Assembly (NCBI GenBank): GCA_964016885.1 | Contig: OZ024740.1 | Location: forward strand, 298,034,001 to 298,098,000 | Origin: Eledone cirrhosa | Taxonomy: Eukaryota | Length of the DNA: 64,000 nucleotides | Reading direction: 5' to 3' | Shown: piece by piece, positions 29,019 through 43,930 of the stretch | Numbering within the stretch: position 1 is the stretch's first letter | How the letters are laid out: each line of letters starts with the position of its first letter | Notes under the pieces: generated by a model | What the model saw: only the letters and a program-made list of their open reading frames with translations | The model's database searches: none | Told to the model about the DNA's origin: nothing | Made by a program: the position numbers and the translations under genes

Positions 29019-29856
29019 CATACATACACATACATACACATACACACATATATATATATGTAAGCACTTTAATACATGAATACACTTACATCTAACTATA
29101 CACATCAAACATATATATATATTTACTTATTTATATACATTTTCACATATATATACATACTTATGGACGTTTTTAGACACATTCATTATCGCATATTTGT
29201 ACCTATTCTCATCAGCATATCTTTTCATTATTAGTATGGTAATTTAAGGTTATTAATATATGTTGAGAAGAGATTGTTTTTATATTTTTCTAACTAGATT
29301 AAGGTTTATATAGTTGGGGGATGTCCCTCTTTTATGTAATATTCGGCTTGTAGTGGGAAAAAAGGGTTTTAGTTCTGTGACGGCAGAATAATGTTCGTTC
29401 AATTCTGTTATTCAGCAGTTTCTTCTTGTGTGTGATTATGTAATAAATCTCAAGATTACACAATTTGCAGAAATTTTGGCTCCTGGAAAAGCTTTGGGTT
29501 TTAGCTAACCCTTTTTTCCCACTACAAGCCGAATATTACATAAAAGAGGGACATCCCCCAACTATATAAACCTTAATCTAGTTAGAAAAATATAAAAACA
29601 ATCTCTTCTCAACATATATTAATAACCTTAAATTACCATACTAATAATGAAAAGATATGCTGATGAGAATAGATACAAATATGCGATAATGAATGTGTCT
29701 AAAAACGTCCATAAGTATGTATATATATGTGAAAATGTATATAAATAAGTAAATATATATATATGTTTGATGTGTATAGTTAGATGTAAGTGTATTCATG
29801 TATTAAAGTGCTTATATATATATATATATATGTGTGTATGTGTATGTATGTGTATG

Positions 29857-29913
<57 letters not shown>

Positions 29914-30652
29914 GTGTATATATATATATATATATGTGTATGTATGTATGTGTATATGGATGTGTATGTATGTGTATGTGTGTACACATGGACTAGAGTA
30001 TGTATGTATATATGTGTGTGTCTATACGTGTGTATATAAAGATAAGTTGAGTATGAAAATGTATACACATGAGCGCGTATGTATGTACATGAATACATGT
30101 GTGTATATATATGTGTATGCATGTGTATATATATGTAAGTATGAATATGTGAATTGTGAGTATATGTATTTTGTAGAGGTGTGCAAATATATTTGTGTGT
30201 GAATGCGTGGGTGAAAGGATACGTACACTTGAAAGAAAAATTTAAGTCTGAATGTTAATTAAGTGCAAACACAAAACCAACCACGCATATCTTTACTATC
30301 TCTAATCCTTCTATAGATTTAGAAAAATAACCAATAATATATTCTATAAAAAATGTCAAAACAACAGATGGGAATCTAATTACTCACTGCCACCAAGAAT
30401 TCTCACTGCTATCGAAAAACCACTCCTTCAACTATTCTTCTAACAACTTCACCCCTCCCTCCTAATATTCTCTATAAAAACTAAATAGGTCCTCAGTAAT
30501 ATTATTCTGATGAAATGACAGTAAATAATAACATTGAAATATTGAATGTCTGCATAACTAAAAGTTTGTAGATAGCTGTTTTAGGTTATGTAACTGTTAT
30601 AGAAACACGTGTCAATAAATTCCTTTCAACTAAACTGTATCCATTCAAATCT

Positions 30653-30692
<40 letters not shown>

Positions 30693-30709
30693 GTACACAC
30701 ACACACATG

Positions 30710-30746
<37 letters not shown>

Positions 30747-30887
30747 GTGTATGTGTATGTAAGTATATATGTATGTGGTTATATATATGAATGTATATAT
30801 ATATATATATGTATATGTGTATATATAAGTGTGTGTGTGTTTGTGTGTATGTGTGTGTATATGTATATATATGTGTGTGTATGGGTT

Positions 30888-30939
<52 letters not shown>

Positions 30940-31224
30940 GTATATATATGTATACGTATGTGTGTGTATATATATGTATATGCGTATGTATGTATGTGTG
31001 TATATATATATATATATGTGTGTGTGTATATGTGTCTGTGTCTGTGTATGTATATATGTCTATATGTATTTGTGTGTATATGTATACACATGAATATTTG
31101 TGTTTGTATGTATGCGTGTGAGTGTATATATTTGTGTATATATGTGTGTGTGTGTATGTATGTGTATGTGTGTGTGTATGTGTATATATATATATATATG
31201 TGTGTGTGTATATATGTGTATATA

Positions 31225-31304
<80 letters not shown>

Positions 31305-32035
31305 TGTATGTGTGTGTGTATGTATGTGTGTGTACATGAATATATATTTTTATATATGTGTGTGTATTTTTATGTGTGTATATGTGTTTGTGTGTGTGTT
31401 TATGGTTGCGCGTAAGTGTGTGAGTGAGTATGTATTTTTGTTTTTTTGTGAATGTGTCTGTTGATTTTTGGCATATAGTTGATTAGTTTAAGAGAAGTTC
31501 GAAGATAATAGTAAGATATGCACTCAGTATTTTGAATCTGTCTGCAGAATTCTCTAGACCTTTGTCACTTGGTAGAACCTTAATGACTTTAGCTTTTAAA
31601 GAATCTCCCTTTTCTTTAATTCTATCGACCATGACTGACCCCCCACTGATTTTATAGACACCTGTTAGCTTAAGAGAAACTTAATGACAAGGAATGGTAT
31701 GCCATCCGGAACCTCTTTATAGAATTCTGTCTGCCCTTGTTACTCTAAAAACATAAATAAATAAAAATAAACTATAGCTTTGTAGAATTAGCTTTTAATG
31801 AATTCCCTTTTCTATCAACCAATGACCTGCACCCATCCCACTCCCCACCCTCTCCTACCACTTGTAGAGACCTATAAATACCATATTTATTTTTTGATAC
31901 CCAGATTCCTGATGATTTCTAATGAATGAAACAGTTCTAGTCCTGTAGAATCTCATCTATATTAAAACTGTTATACTCTGCTATGTATTGAGTACCTTAC
32001 TTACTGTGGTTACCTCCGATTCAACCCGGAATAAC

Positions 32036-32036
<1 letters not shown>
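27054..32036. mobile_element. Penelope-like family B insertion as a ~5-kb inverted repeat: minus arm 27054-29500 (endonuclease C-terminus plus microsatellite-filled 3' UTR) and plus arm 29507-32036
   Basis: The arms are reverse complements (e.g. 27054-27600 vs 31410-31960, 28225-29368 vs 29507-30657). The spacer on the minus strand translates AKTQSFSRSQNFCKLCNLEIYYIITHKKKLLNNRIERTLFCRHRTK, the same CxLC..E..LN..CxH terminus as the ORF at 36074. HHR near the arm end. Confidence 0.88.
31903..31953 (+). ncRNA. Type I hammerhead ribozyme of family B (GUA site)
   Basis: agattc-CTGATGA-t ttc taat gaa t-GAAA-cag ttctagtc ctg-TA-gaatct. Confidence 0.85.
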
Positions 32037-32094
<58 letters not shown>

Positions 32095-32117
32095 TATATA
32101 CATATATATATATATAT

Positions 32118-32188
<71 letters not shown>

Positions 32189-32235
32189 CATACATATATA
32201 TATATATACATACATATATATATATATATACATAC

Positions 32236-32287
<52 letters not shown>

Positions 32288-32301
32288 ATATATATATATG
32301 A

Positions 32302-32341
<40 letters not shown>

Positions 32342-32356
32342 ATATATATATGAATG

Positions 32357-32389
<33 letters not shown>

Positions 32390-32409
32390 GTATATATATA
32401 TATATGTGC

Positions 32410-32459
<50 letters not shown>

Positions 32460-32501
32460 ATATATATATATATGTATATATATGTGTGTATATATATTAT
32501 A

Positions 32502-32586
<85 letters not shown>

Positions 32587-32587
32587 G

Positions 32588-32623
<36 letters not shown>

Positions 32624-32661
32624 TGTATATATATGTATATATATATATGTATATATATGTG

Positions 32662-32692
<31 letters not shown>

Positions 32693-32701
32693 GTATATAT
32701 A

Positions 32702-33478
<777 letters not shown>

Positions 33479-34227
33479 CATCAATTTTTCGTGTACCTTT
33501 CACCGGCTTGACCTATTTTCATCCCCAAAGTAATCTTTTCATTCAAAATACTCTTTCCATTCAAAACTGAAGTCTGTATTCTTCTACCCCTAAATTAAAT
33601 TTCTACTACTACTATTCTATCAACTTGACCACTTACTACCTTTCTATTGGTCAATTCAAAACCTGTTCCCAAACAGACCTATTATATTAAATCTTTGTTG
33701 TTTTTTTTTTTCAATAAACAAATATCATTATTGGCAGTATCGCTAGAGGGTCGGACACCATGCTTTGAAGCATAGAGTAAAGTCCCTTTATGATCTGAGT
33801 TCAAATCCCGCCGAGGTTAACTTTGCCTTTCATCCTTATGGGGTCGATAAAATAAAGTACCAGTAATGTACTGGGTAATTGCTGGCCTTGTGCCTAAAAT
33901 AGAAACAATTATTTCTGAAGACAGCATATATATGTGTAGGTATGTATATTCCCTCTGATAGTTTGTAAAACTTTTACATAAATCTATATGATATACATAC
34001 CAACACACATATATATATCCTAGAAACGATCGTAAAATGATGATTTTTTTAATATAAGGAACTGTTTCTTTGTTTTTATTCATTATTTTTATTAATTTAT
34101 CTTGACTCTGTTTTCTTGTGTCTTTCATCGAAAAAATTTTGAATACATCTTCTCTATTCGTGATTTTTGGATTACATTGAGTTCTTCATACGGATTGGAC
34201 ACTACCGTACATTTTGGTAGATTTATC

Positions 34228-34317
<90 letters not shown>

Positions 34318-34325
34318 AATATATA

Positions 34326-34459
<134 letters not shown>

Positions 34460-34509
34460 AATATATATATTTATATATATATATTTATATATATATATAT
34501 AAATAAATA

Positions 34510-36073
34510 AATATATATTTGGGCATAGCTTTGTGAAAGAATAATTTCGAATCTTTGAATTATCTCGAAATAACCAATCAATCTAAATATTAAATATATC
34601 TGGGTGTAGTTATATGAAGGTTTAATTTCGAGTCCTTAAGTTAATTAGAAATATACTATTAATCAATTATATATATATCCATAGCAAGTATTAATCAATT
34701 ATAGTATTAATCAATTATATATATCCATAGCAAGTTATATAATTTAGAAAGTAATTACAATTATAACTTTAAAAATTTTAAATTAACAATTAGAATGCCC
34801 TAAAGTATCCAAAGGCCTTATAATTATACTTAAAAAGGATATTATTAAACTAGATATACGCATTTGTCTAAATTTATACAAAGAGTATATTGTTTAAAGT
34901 TTAAGACGATATTAGTCAGTTATATATAATATAATATAATATAATAAATAAGTTACTGCTAATATTGTTAAAATTAAGGTTTTACATCAATTATTATATT
35001 AGGATCATGTAATACATATATACTATAAATATACAAATCAAACTTCATGAATCATAAAAGATAAGAATCAGATTCAAAATAAATAAATAAATGGTTTGCG
35101 ATCCTATAAGTGCCAAATATCTAAGCTATATGATTTAAAAATACAAGAAAATTTTTAAGGATCTATATTATAGTATAATATCATATTTAAAGTGTCTGCA
35201 AACATGAGAAAGAGAAGTCTTAAGATTTTGATCAACCCGAAAGCAACCCAAATTTAATTATATTTAAAAAATAATAATCATTATATAATTTAGAAAATAT
35301 TTAACAATTATAACACTAGAATGTCCTTAAGTATCTAAGGCACTTATAAATGTAGCTAGAAGGATGTTATTAAACTAGATATACACATTTGTCTAAATAC
35401 ATACAGAGTATTCTGTTTAAAACTCAAGACGATATTAGTGATCTATATACATATAATAAATAATAAATACAATTATTGTTAATAATTGTTTCTACTTTAG
35501 GCACAAGGCCAGCAATTACCCAGTGCATTACTGGTACTTTATTTTATCGACGCCGTAAGGATGAAATACAAAGTCAACCTCGGCGGGATTTGAACTCAGA
35601 TCGTAAAGGGACGTAACTATGCTGCAAAGCATGGCGTCCGACCCTCTACCGATATAATGTTATAATTGAAGTTTAACATCAAGTTAAGTGGAAAAAGTTT
35701 GTCGACTAGGATCGTATGCGACACATATACCGTAAATATATAAATCAAACATCTTGATTCTTAAAACCAACATATTCCAAATGAATAAATGAATGGTCTA
35801 CGGTTCCTTGTAACTGTTAATCATATAAGCTATATATTTTAAAAAATACAAAAATCCCGACAAAATTAAATGTACTTACACAATCAAATGATATGCATAT
35901 TCATCAAGAGATCATGGTAACAGCCTATATGTTTATATATTTATATAGAACCCTTAATCTAACATTAATCATATCGTAAATGAATAAACATTATTATAAG
36001 GTTTTATAATCTGTTATAATATCATTTTACGCACTCAGTTGATAAGAAACGTCAAAAATTAGAACTTATTTAT
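34510..36073 (-). mobile_element. 3' UTR of the Penelope-like element, with an internal diverged duplication (34790-35150 vs 35320-35850) and a SINE insertion
   Basis: Lies downstream of the ORF stop. The TAGAATG(C/T)CC..AAGTATC..ATTAAACTAGATATAC block occurs twice. 34520-34738 is repeated in inverted orientation at 37649-37880. Confidence 0.75.
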
Positions 36074-37660
36074 TCAGTGTTTTTTCCTGACTTTTTGCGA
36101 GGCTTGGAATGTAGAAGAAGCTTTATGTAGGCAATTTGAGAATAATTCACTTTTTTTGTTAATTAAATTTTCATAATTAGTAATTATCAATAGGGTCTCC
36201 ATAGTACAAAGATTGCAGTTATGTGATATTGAAGAATTCAAGTAGATTCGACTATTACACAGCTTTGACCAAGAAATCGAGTATTTTAAATTTTTGTCTT
36301 TTAACGACCTTATAAGTTGTGATAAATAAGTCGAAGATTTCCTATTAGAATTCGAAAAAGAACATTTGTGATTCGAAAATCTCAATTTAAATGTCGATGA
36401 AGTTGCACCAATATAGTTGTATGTGATGTTATTTGCTTTTACGGTGCATTTATAGACCAGATTGCTATCCAGACAATTATTTTGCAGAGGGCAATTTGAT
36501 CTATTTCTACAATTACATTTCGATTTATTGTTATTACTATAAATTGGACAATTGACATTAACATTGTTAGTACTTTGAAGTGTTCCATTGATAGTGCTTA
36601 GATTAATGTTATTGTTATTCCTAGTATTAATATTGCTAGTGTTATTATATTCATTATCACTAATTGTTTGTTGGTTATGATTTAGAATTCTACTATTTAT
36701 TTTTGCAATGTTCTGGGCCATATACATAGTTGTAGAATAAGAAAGCTTAATTGTGTGTCTGTTAAATATGGAACGGTATTTATGTTGAATGGGGAAGCAT
36801 TTATCTAAAGCTTTAAAGAATAGATTTGCGAGTGGTGTTTTTATAGCTACAAAAGCTGGGGGAACAAACCTTATAACTGATTAAGTTCTGATTTTTTTCC
36901 CCGATTTATTCACGGTATTGGTGTTTGTATTATAATTTTTAGAATCTCGTTTATATATGTTAGTCTTATTTTTATCAGGATTATAATTCAAATTATTATT
37001 ATCTATATATTCAATATTATTTTTATAACCTGTCTTACGTAGCGCGTCATTATAATATCCTGCTTTTTCATCAAATATGGATTTATTAGCGGATATTCTA
37101 GTTATGCGTTTCTGTACACTATTGACTATTGCATTTTTCATGGATTTAGGGTGATTAGAGTAATAGCTAACGTAATTTAAGTTTTCGTTGGGCTTATGGA
37201 AAGGGTAATAAAATCCTGAGTTTAAGTTAAGGGTAACGTCAAGGAAATTAACTATTTTGGTACTACTTTCAACTTCTAATTTAAGGTCGTAATTTTTAAA
37301 GAATTCAATTATAGTTTTCTTAACCCTATTTAGTTCTGTATTGCTGTGTTTGACAACCGTAAATAAAATATCGTCTCTATATAAACCACCGGTAATCTCC
37401 GACAGTTTTCTATTTACCATATTTAAGATAAAAATCCCCAGAAGATCGGTGACCTGCGCCGAGTCCGATGATCCCATGGTAATGTCAAAGTGTTTATTCC
37501 TATCTGAACGGGTCCAATACTCATTGTTGAAATTAATTAGAGTTCTTCTAGCAGTTAATATCATATTGATTTCATCCGCAGTTAGATCTGTATGTTTGTA
37601 AGCGTAAGACAAAGCCTTATTTAATAGGTTAGGTGTAATAGAAGAATAATAACTTGCTAT
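36074..37660 (-). mobile_element. Penelope-like element ORF (RT C-terminal half plus GIY-YIG endonuclease), 5'-truncated, one in-frame TAA at 36881-36883
   Basis: RT motifs IASYYSSITP, FDITMGSSDSAQVTDLLG, GLYRDD, VNFLDVTLNL, PFHKPN..YV...SNHP. Linker CNCRNRSNCPLQNNC, endonuclease LVYKC..YNYIG..FKLRFSNHKCSF, C-terminal CNLC..E..LINKKSELFSNCLH. ORFs 36881-37612 and 36074-36727 are in the same frame, bridged by SVIRFVPP..FNRHTIKLSYS. Resemblance to the Naiad group is inference. Confidence 0.93.
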
Positions 37661-38324
37661 GGATATATATAATTGATTAATATGGATATATATAATTGAT
37701 TAATACTATAATTGATTAATACTTGCTATGGATATATATAATTGATTAATAGTATATTTCTAATTAACTTAGGACTCGAAATTAAATCCTCATATAACTA
37801 TACCCAGATATATTTAATATTTAGATTGATTGGTTATTTCTAGATAATTCAAAGATTAGAAATTATTCTTTCACAAATGTATATTTATTTATTTATTTAT
37901 CTATATATATATATATTTTTTTTTTTTTGCATCATTTAATTATACGTTATTTATCCACGACAATACAAATCTCCCTCCCTATGCTTTATACTATAAAAAT
38001 TATTCTTCCTTGTCTCTCTCTATCCTTAATCAATTCTCTTTTGCTTTCGTGCATAAGATATTTCTATACTTCTAGTAACTATCTTTTTCCTCATCTGTTT
38101 CTCTCTCTGTCTTTCTTCTTTCTTCAATAATTTAAATTATTTGAATCTCCAACAATTATGTAAATTGCTATTGTGTATTTTTTTAAGCTTTCTCACATGC
38201 ACCCTCTGTATTGTATATAATTTTTTCATGTCTCAATCTTAAGGTATATAAATATTGAGTTTTGTCATATCTTATTCAATACCATGACTGAATCTTAACC
38301 ATCTTATTTTATTTGATGAGGACG
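37649..38324 (+). mobile_element. Inverted pseudo-LTR/3' UTR arm of the Penelope-like element, running into the assembly gap at the start of its hammerhead (TTGATGAGGACG)
   Basis: Reverse complement of 34520-34738, then homologous to the reverse complement of 14345-14700, which ends in an intact HHR. Confidence 0.8.
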
Positions 38325-38524
38325 NNNNNNNNNNNNNNNNNNNNNNNNNNNNNNNNNNNNNNNNNNNNNNNNNNNNNNNNNNNNNNNNNNNNNNNNNNNN
38401 NNNNNNNNNNNNNNNNNNNNNNNNNNNNNNNNNNNNNNNNNNNNNNNNNNNNNNNNNNNNNNNNNNNNNNNNNNNNNNNNNNNNNNNNNNNNNNNNNNNN
38501 NNNNNNNNNNNNNNNNNNNNNNNN
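38325..38524. other. Assembly gap (200 N)
   Basis: Run of N. Confidence 1.
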
Positions 38525-38696
38525 GAGAAGTGAAGGCGAAATCCCACAGGTTCGTTCTAATTGCTCTTCTTTGAACTTAAATTTATGGTTTGGTACTTCT
38601 GAAGTAATTGGCTGGTTCAACAAATTGAATAATAAAAACAAACTAAAATTTGTTCAATTTGATATTGCCAGCTACTATTCTTCTATTTCGCCTTAG
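38525..38696 (+). mobile_element. Penelope-like RT fragment (second copy)
   Basis: LNLWFGTSEVIGWFNKLNNKNKLKFVQFDIASYYSSISP matches the PLE RT motif region (FDI..YYSSI). Confidence 0.8.
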
Positions 38697-38987
38697 ATAT
38701 GCCAGCTCTGTGTTTATGGTGTTGATGGTTTTAGAGCCTTGGGACATATGAGCTTGTTAGGGATAATTTAATGTAGTCAACAGGAATAAACTTAATTCTC
38801 ATTGGTCAGTTTGTAGATGCTAGTAGGGTTGGTATTTGACCTCAAAGAGGCAGGTGGTATTGGAAAGTTCAAACCGTCAGGCAAGATGACAATAGTTCCA
38901 TTAGACTGATTTTCACAAAGCATTCCTGGTCAGATATATATTCAATTGAGGTTTATAGTATGAAATTCGATACTACATGTCATTCTT

Positions 38988-39275
38988 AAATTGAGGAATT
39001 TATGTGGGGTGGTACTACTGAAAATTATGGTTAGAGTCAAATACTAGAAAGTTTACATATAAAAAGACTTATGCTGGTTGACTTGCACATACACTCACAC
39101 CCACCTCCACAGACACACACACACATTCACACATACAAATTGAAGAATTTCTGTGGGGTGGTAATACTGAAAATTATGGTTAGAGTCAAATACTTAGAAA
39201 TTTTACAAATAAAAAGACTTATGTTGGTTGACTTGTACATACACTCACACCTATCCCCACAGACACACACACACA
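38988..39275. repeat. ~150-bp tandem duplication
   Basis: AAATTGA(G/A)GAATTT.TGTGGGGTGGTA..ACACTCACACC occurs twice. Confidence 0.85.
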
Positions 39276-40062
39276 AATCCAAACAGGTGTGTATATATAT
39301 ATGTATGTACGCACAAGTGCATATATATACACAATAGATGCCCCAAAATCCAAGTATATGGCAGACATAAAACGAGGTGGGTGATTTTTTAAAGAAAAGT
39401 AAAGTGGGTGTTTGGAAAAGTTATTGTTTAGACTAGACAAAAGTAGAATGTGATATATATCTTCACAGCAATAGCGTGGGGGGATTTGGAGCTTAGGCGA
39501 ATCCCTTAGTACAGACATATATAGGTACAAGCACCCACCCACACTTGTATACCTCTGGATACGTATGTATGTCTATATACACATGTGCATTCATACAAGA
39601 GAGCATATACAAATATACTCTTAAGCATACACTCGAACATTTTTCAAATGCAACCTGGAGTATTAGTATTTCATTGCGTTCACATGAGTGTGTACATTCA
39701 GGTAACCCCAGTATAGACACACAACGCACGATTGCGGGCACGCATTCATGCGTATAGGGTTAGTACCTAAGGATAATTGTTCTTCCTGTGTGGGCCACTC
39801 CCGGATCCCCTACTGGTTAGGAGTCAGCAAAACCACGTTTATTGATCTGACTTCTAACCAGTAGAGGATCCGGTGGACAATCCACCGTAGGGACCACAAA
39901 CTATGGGTGGGTGTTGTTGCCCATTGGTCATTGGTACGGGGTGTAGGGGACCTACATGGGGGGGGGGAGGCCATAACCGGGGTTTATCCATATAGCTTGA
40001 GGAAAGTTCCCGTCCTTAGGTGTCTGCAGGCGAATAAGTCGGCCCTTCTGTTTAATAGCTTA

Positions 40063-40112
<50 letters not shown>

Positions 40113-40377
40113 ATGTATATCTATCTATATATATGTTGTAATTGTTTGTTTTTATATTTTTTACACGACTGTATGTAAAATCCCCGGCATGTCTTTGTAT
40201 TGTCCCCTTTTCTTGTTGCGCCCTTGTGGCTAATAAAGAAATCTATATATATATATTGACATACGGCGTTTCTAGGACAGTTTTCAAACCGTTTCTATAC
40301 AGGTGACAATGGCACATGCATATGTAAACAATAAGTTAATCAGAAACAGTTAATTAGCAATTATTTACACAAGACAT

Positions 40378-40600
40378 AATCCATATTATAAGAGCGTTGT
40401 CTGTCTGTCTGTCTTTCTGTCTGTCCGTTACGCTCACTTTATATAGAGAGAGGGGAAGCACCAAGCGAGAGAGAAAAGGGATCGCCGTGTGTTCTTGGGA
40501 GGACAGAAAGAGGTAGATAGACAGAAAGTTATGACGTCGCCCTCATCCATATAGAGAATGGGTGCACCAAGCGAGAGAGATGTCCAAGAAGCACGCGCGC

Positions 40601-40632
<32 letters not shown>

Positions 40633-40819
40633 TCCTCTGGTTTTATTGTTTTATATATTTTCACCAATAGAGAGAAAGCCGGTTTCTAGCATAGAAACAA
40701 AAGTCTTTCATCGAAGTTTTGACAACATCAATTAGGTAAATACGTATGTACGTCTGTATGTTTGTGTGTGAGAACATGTGTGTGTGTGTGCGCGTGTGTG
40801 TGTGTGTGTGGGGGGGGTG

Positions 40820-40906
<87 letters not shown>

Positions 40907-41005
40907 GTATGGGTGTTATTGCATATGTGGATCTGTATGTTTTGAGTTATATGTGTTCACGTGCATATGTTTCTGTATCTATACATGTGTATTACTCTAT
41001 TACTC
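40378..41005 (+). mobile_element. Helitron/DINE-1-like repeat with (GTCT)n near its 5' end; homologue at 63060-63345 minus
   Basis: TCCATATTATAAGAG followed by (TGTC)n; 40628-40985 aligns with the reverse complement of 63090-63340. Confidence 0.5.
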
Positions 41006-41054
41006 TATTACGTGCTCCAGTCGATAGGCTGAGGCCATGCTGGGGCATATGAAA

Positions 41055-42495
41055 TTATTACAAGCTGAATTTCGGAAATATCTTACATATTATTTTACAG
41101 TTCCTTTAATGAACTGTACTTCTAACTTCTTAACTAACCTTGCCCTCTCGGGATCTGTGAAGCCCAGCTTCTCAAGATTTAAACTCAGGCAGTTACTAAC
41201 ACGCCCCAAAGCCCCAATTACCACAGGTACAAATCTAAAGGTATAGCCAGGGTGGAATGTCTGCAGATCCCTCATTAGTTCCGTATAAATGTTCTCCTTT
41301 TCGCTAATCTTTGATATTATATTGATATCTGCTGAACAGCTAACTTCCACTATTGTGCATGCCTTCTTTTCCATATATCTGGTCTGTTATATTTACATTT
41401 TATTGGGGTTTTGACTGGAACATTCCACCAGTACTCTTTCATATTATGTATATATATATATATATGTCTTCCACATCACTTTAACTTTTTATGTTTATTC
41501 TCAGTGCTATCTTTTCTACGGTTAGCACTGTATAGCATTGGGGCACTACATCATGCTTCATAAGTAAATAGTATCATGATGACATTTTTGGACAGCTGCT
41601 TATGATGTGAGTGACATGGCTGTTTATTCCGCAGAGTCTGCATCTGTTGTCACATCTAGGTGTTTTGCTTGCATCCCTATCTTTTTGTGCATTAAGTATT
41701 TCGTTGTTATTTCCTGTTCTTGGACTGCAAACGCATATCCTTCAAAATGAGAGCCAATATAGAGGTTGTTGGTCCAAGATGGACTACTTTGCTTATCGAT
41801 ATTACTCTCACTTTGAAGATTCCTGGCAACATAGCCATGCATGATATATATATTCCATGCTGATAAGTATGTAGTTTTTCATCAATGGATTCATTGCAAT
41901 TTCTCTGGGTGTAAGTTTTTGGTTCTCATGGGAGTTTTTCTCAAGGAGCTCCTTCCCAACTCTCATACAGATAGACTTCTTCTATAGATAGCATTCTGCG
42001 CTTGGTGGTTCGTAGATGTAGTCGGAGGGATATGATACGATACTTAAATGCTGTTTGGGATGATGTTAGGTAGGCCTCAGCCTCCTTGTTTACGTTTCAA
42101 CTAGAGGCGGTCTATGTAATTGTTGATGTGGAAATTTCCGGTGCCAGTTAGAACTCCTCATGTTTTAACATCAATGACTCGGATCTCATCTAGGGTCCAG
42201 TCAAGTAGTCCAATGTTGGAGTTAGCACAAACACAGCAAACACCTTGTGGGCCACTGATTTATTGTACGCAGAGTGTTCAGAAGACTATATTTTTTCTTA
42301 TTCAGATGTTACATTCCTTGGTTACTCGTTCCTTGTTACAAATTCCATCATAGGATATATTTTCATCTATCCCTAAGTATCTGTAGTAGCCTTCGTTAGA
42401 TATCGGTGAAACAGTCACGCCATTGATAGAGATGTTGCTAGATTGGCTTGTAATTTTTCTTCGTTCCAGGTAGAACCGCCACTTCTTCAAATTGA
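41055..42495 (-). mobile_element. Degenerate R4/Dong-like non-LTR retrotransposon (RT end, CCHC knuckle, RLE endonuclease)
   Basis: YRYLGIDE, MHGY..EGYAFAVQEQEITTKY, IVEVSC..KISEKENIY.EL..FVPVVIGALG. Confidence 0.85.
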
Positions 42496-42499
42496 GAGA

Positions 42500-42733
42500 T
42501 CACAGCTTAGAATGTCTGAGAAAGAATCGGTAGACAGATATTACGGGCAAAACCAGCCGGCAGCAGTCCCAAGAGTAGGCCCCGAGCAAGATGCTTGGAT
42601 AACATCCATGAACTTGGCTGAACTTTGGGGATCCAGTCGGACCACTTGGAAAGGAATGCTTCTGACATGACCCGCTGGAAGGAGTGTTTGAGGACTCTGC
42701 TCCCACAGTTCTCTCAAGAAGAAGAAGAAGAAA
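42500..42733 (+). mobile_element. LINE 3' fragment with (AAG)n tail, probably RTE
   Basis: Ends GAAGAAGAAGAAGAAA; remnant GR-rich terminal region. Confidence 0.45.
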
Positions 42734-43930
42734 TAATTCACACTGACAGGCAGCCAGATTTAAAAAACAACTAGTAGATAATAGGGTAGTTTCAGCACTT
42801 TCTGCGCTCATGTTCTAATGCGATACTAGAATGTACATTAATTCCCGCTTTTTTTAAGAATATATAATTATGGTTCCTTTACATTCTGAGTTCAAATCCC
42901 ACCAAGGTTAGCTTTGCCATTCATCTTTTCGGGGTTAATAAAATAAAGTACCGGTAATGCACTGGCGTCGATATAATCGGCTTTCCCTTTCCCCCAAAAA
43001 AATTGTTGACCTCAGAAACCATTATAGTACAAGTAACTAAGGGCAGTGAATTAGCAGAATCGGTAGAGGGTCGGACACCTTGCTTCGCAGAATAGTGTTA
43101 CGGCCCTTTATATTCTGAGTTCAAATCCTGCTGAGGTTAGCTTTGCCTTTCATCCATACGGGGTCGATAAAATAAAGTACCAGTCACACGCTGTGGTCGA
43201 TTTAATCGACTTACCCCGTTCCCAAAATTGCTGGCCTTGTGCCTATATCAGAAACCATTATATTACAAGTAACTTAATGTGGCCTTTCAACATGAAAAGG
43301 TTCCCTGCCTCTGTCCTAACCACTTAGCTACGCGCCTTTACGACACCGCCGCTACCAACACCAAAAACAACAACAACAGTAACGACTGCTGTATGTAGCA
43401 GCAGTAATATGACAGCCTGCTAAAGTATCAACAGATTTCTTACAGGCCAGCCTGCAAATACCTGCAAGCATCATCGTTTCCTTGTTTCTTCTATTTACTC
43501 ATCTCTTCCTTCATTCATTCTCTTCATCCTCATCCTCATCCCCATCTTCAACGCGTGCGCGCGTATATATCCCTAGCACCATCACCCCTCTTTCTCATAT
43601 GCATAGCTGATATTGTTTTGCTTTATATCCATCCATCTAGCTTGCAAGTTATCTGACGAGCTAGCTAGCTAGTTTATCTAGCAAGTCACAGAGAGTGACT
43701 TAATAGAAGACTGACTTACTTAGCTATCTAACTAGAAGGCAGTTAATGTAATAAATAGCTATAAATGATTAATTATGTAGCAATCGTTATATATCGCTCC
43801 CACTTATTATTAATTATATATATATATTATATTATATTATATGCAGTGAACAATATACTTATTGTTCACTATATATATATATATAAACAATCTCTATACC
43901 TCTCATTTATATATATATATATATATATAT

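Noticed and set aside
30500-30556. CTGATGA-aatg..catt-GAAA hammerhead-like core (mirror at ~28330-28385)
   Set aside because: Helix II is plausible, but no helix I pairs after any NUH; at best a decayed relic.
36881-36883. In-frame stop in the Penelope ORF as possible selenocysteine recoding
   Set aside because: The codon is TAA, not TGA; a nonsense mutation is the simplest explanation.
38700-38990. Possible inverted PLE endonuclease C-terminus after the RT fragment
   Set aside because: Only a faint ELLSSC-like remnant on the minus strand; too degraded to support.
43653-43690. CTGACGA followed by a GCTAGC palindrome
   Set aside because: No downstream GAAA or helix III.
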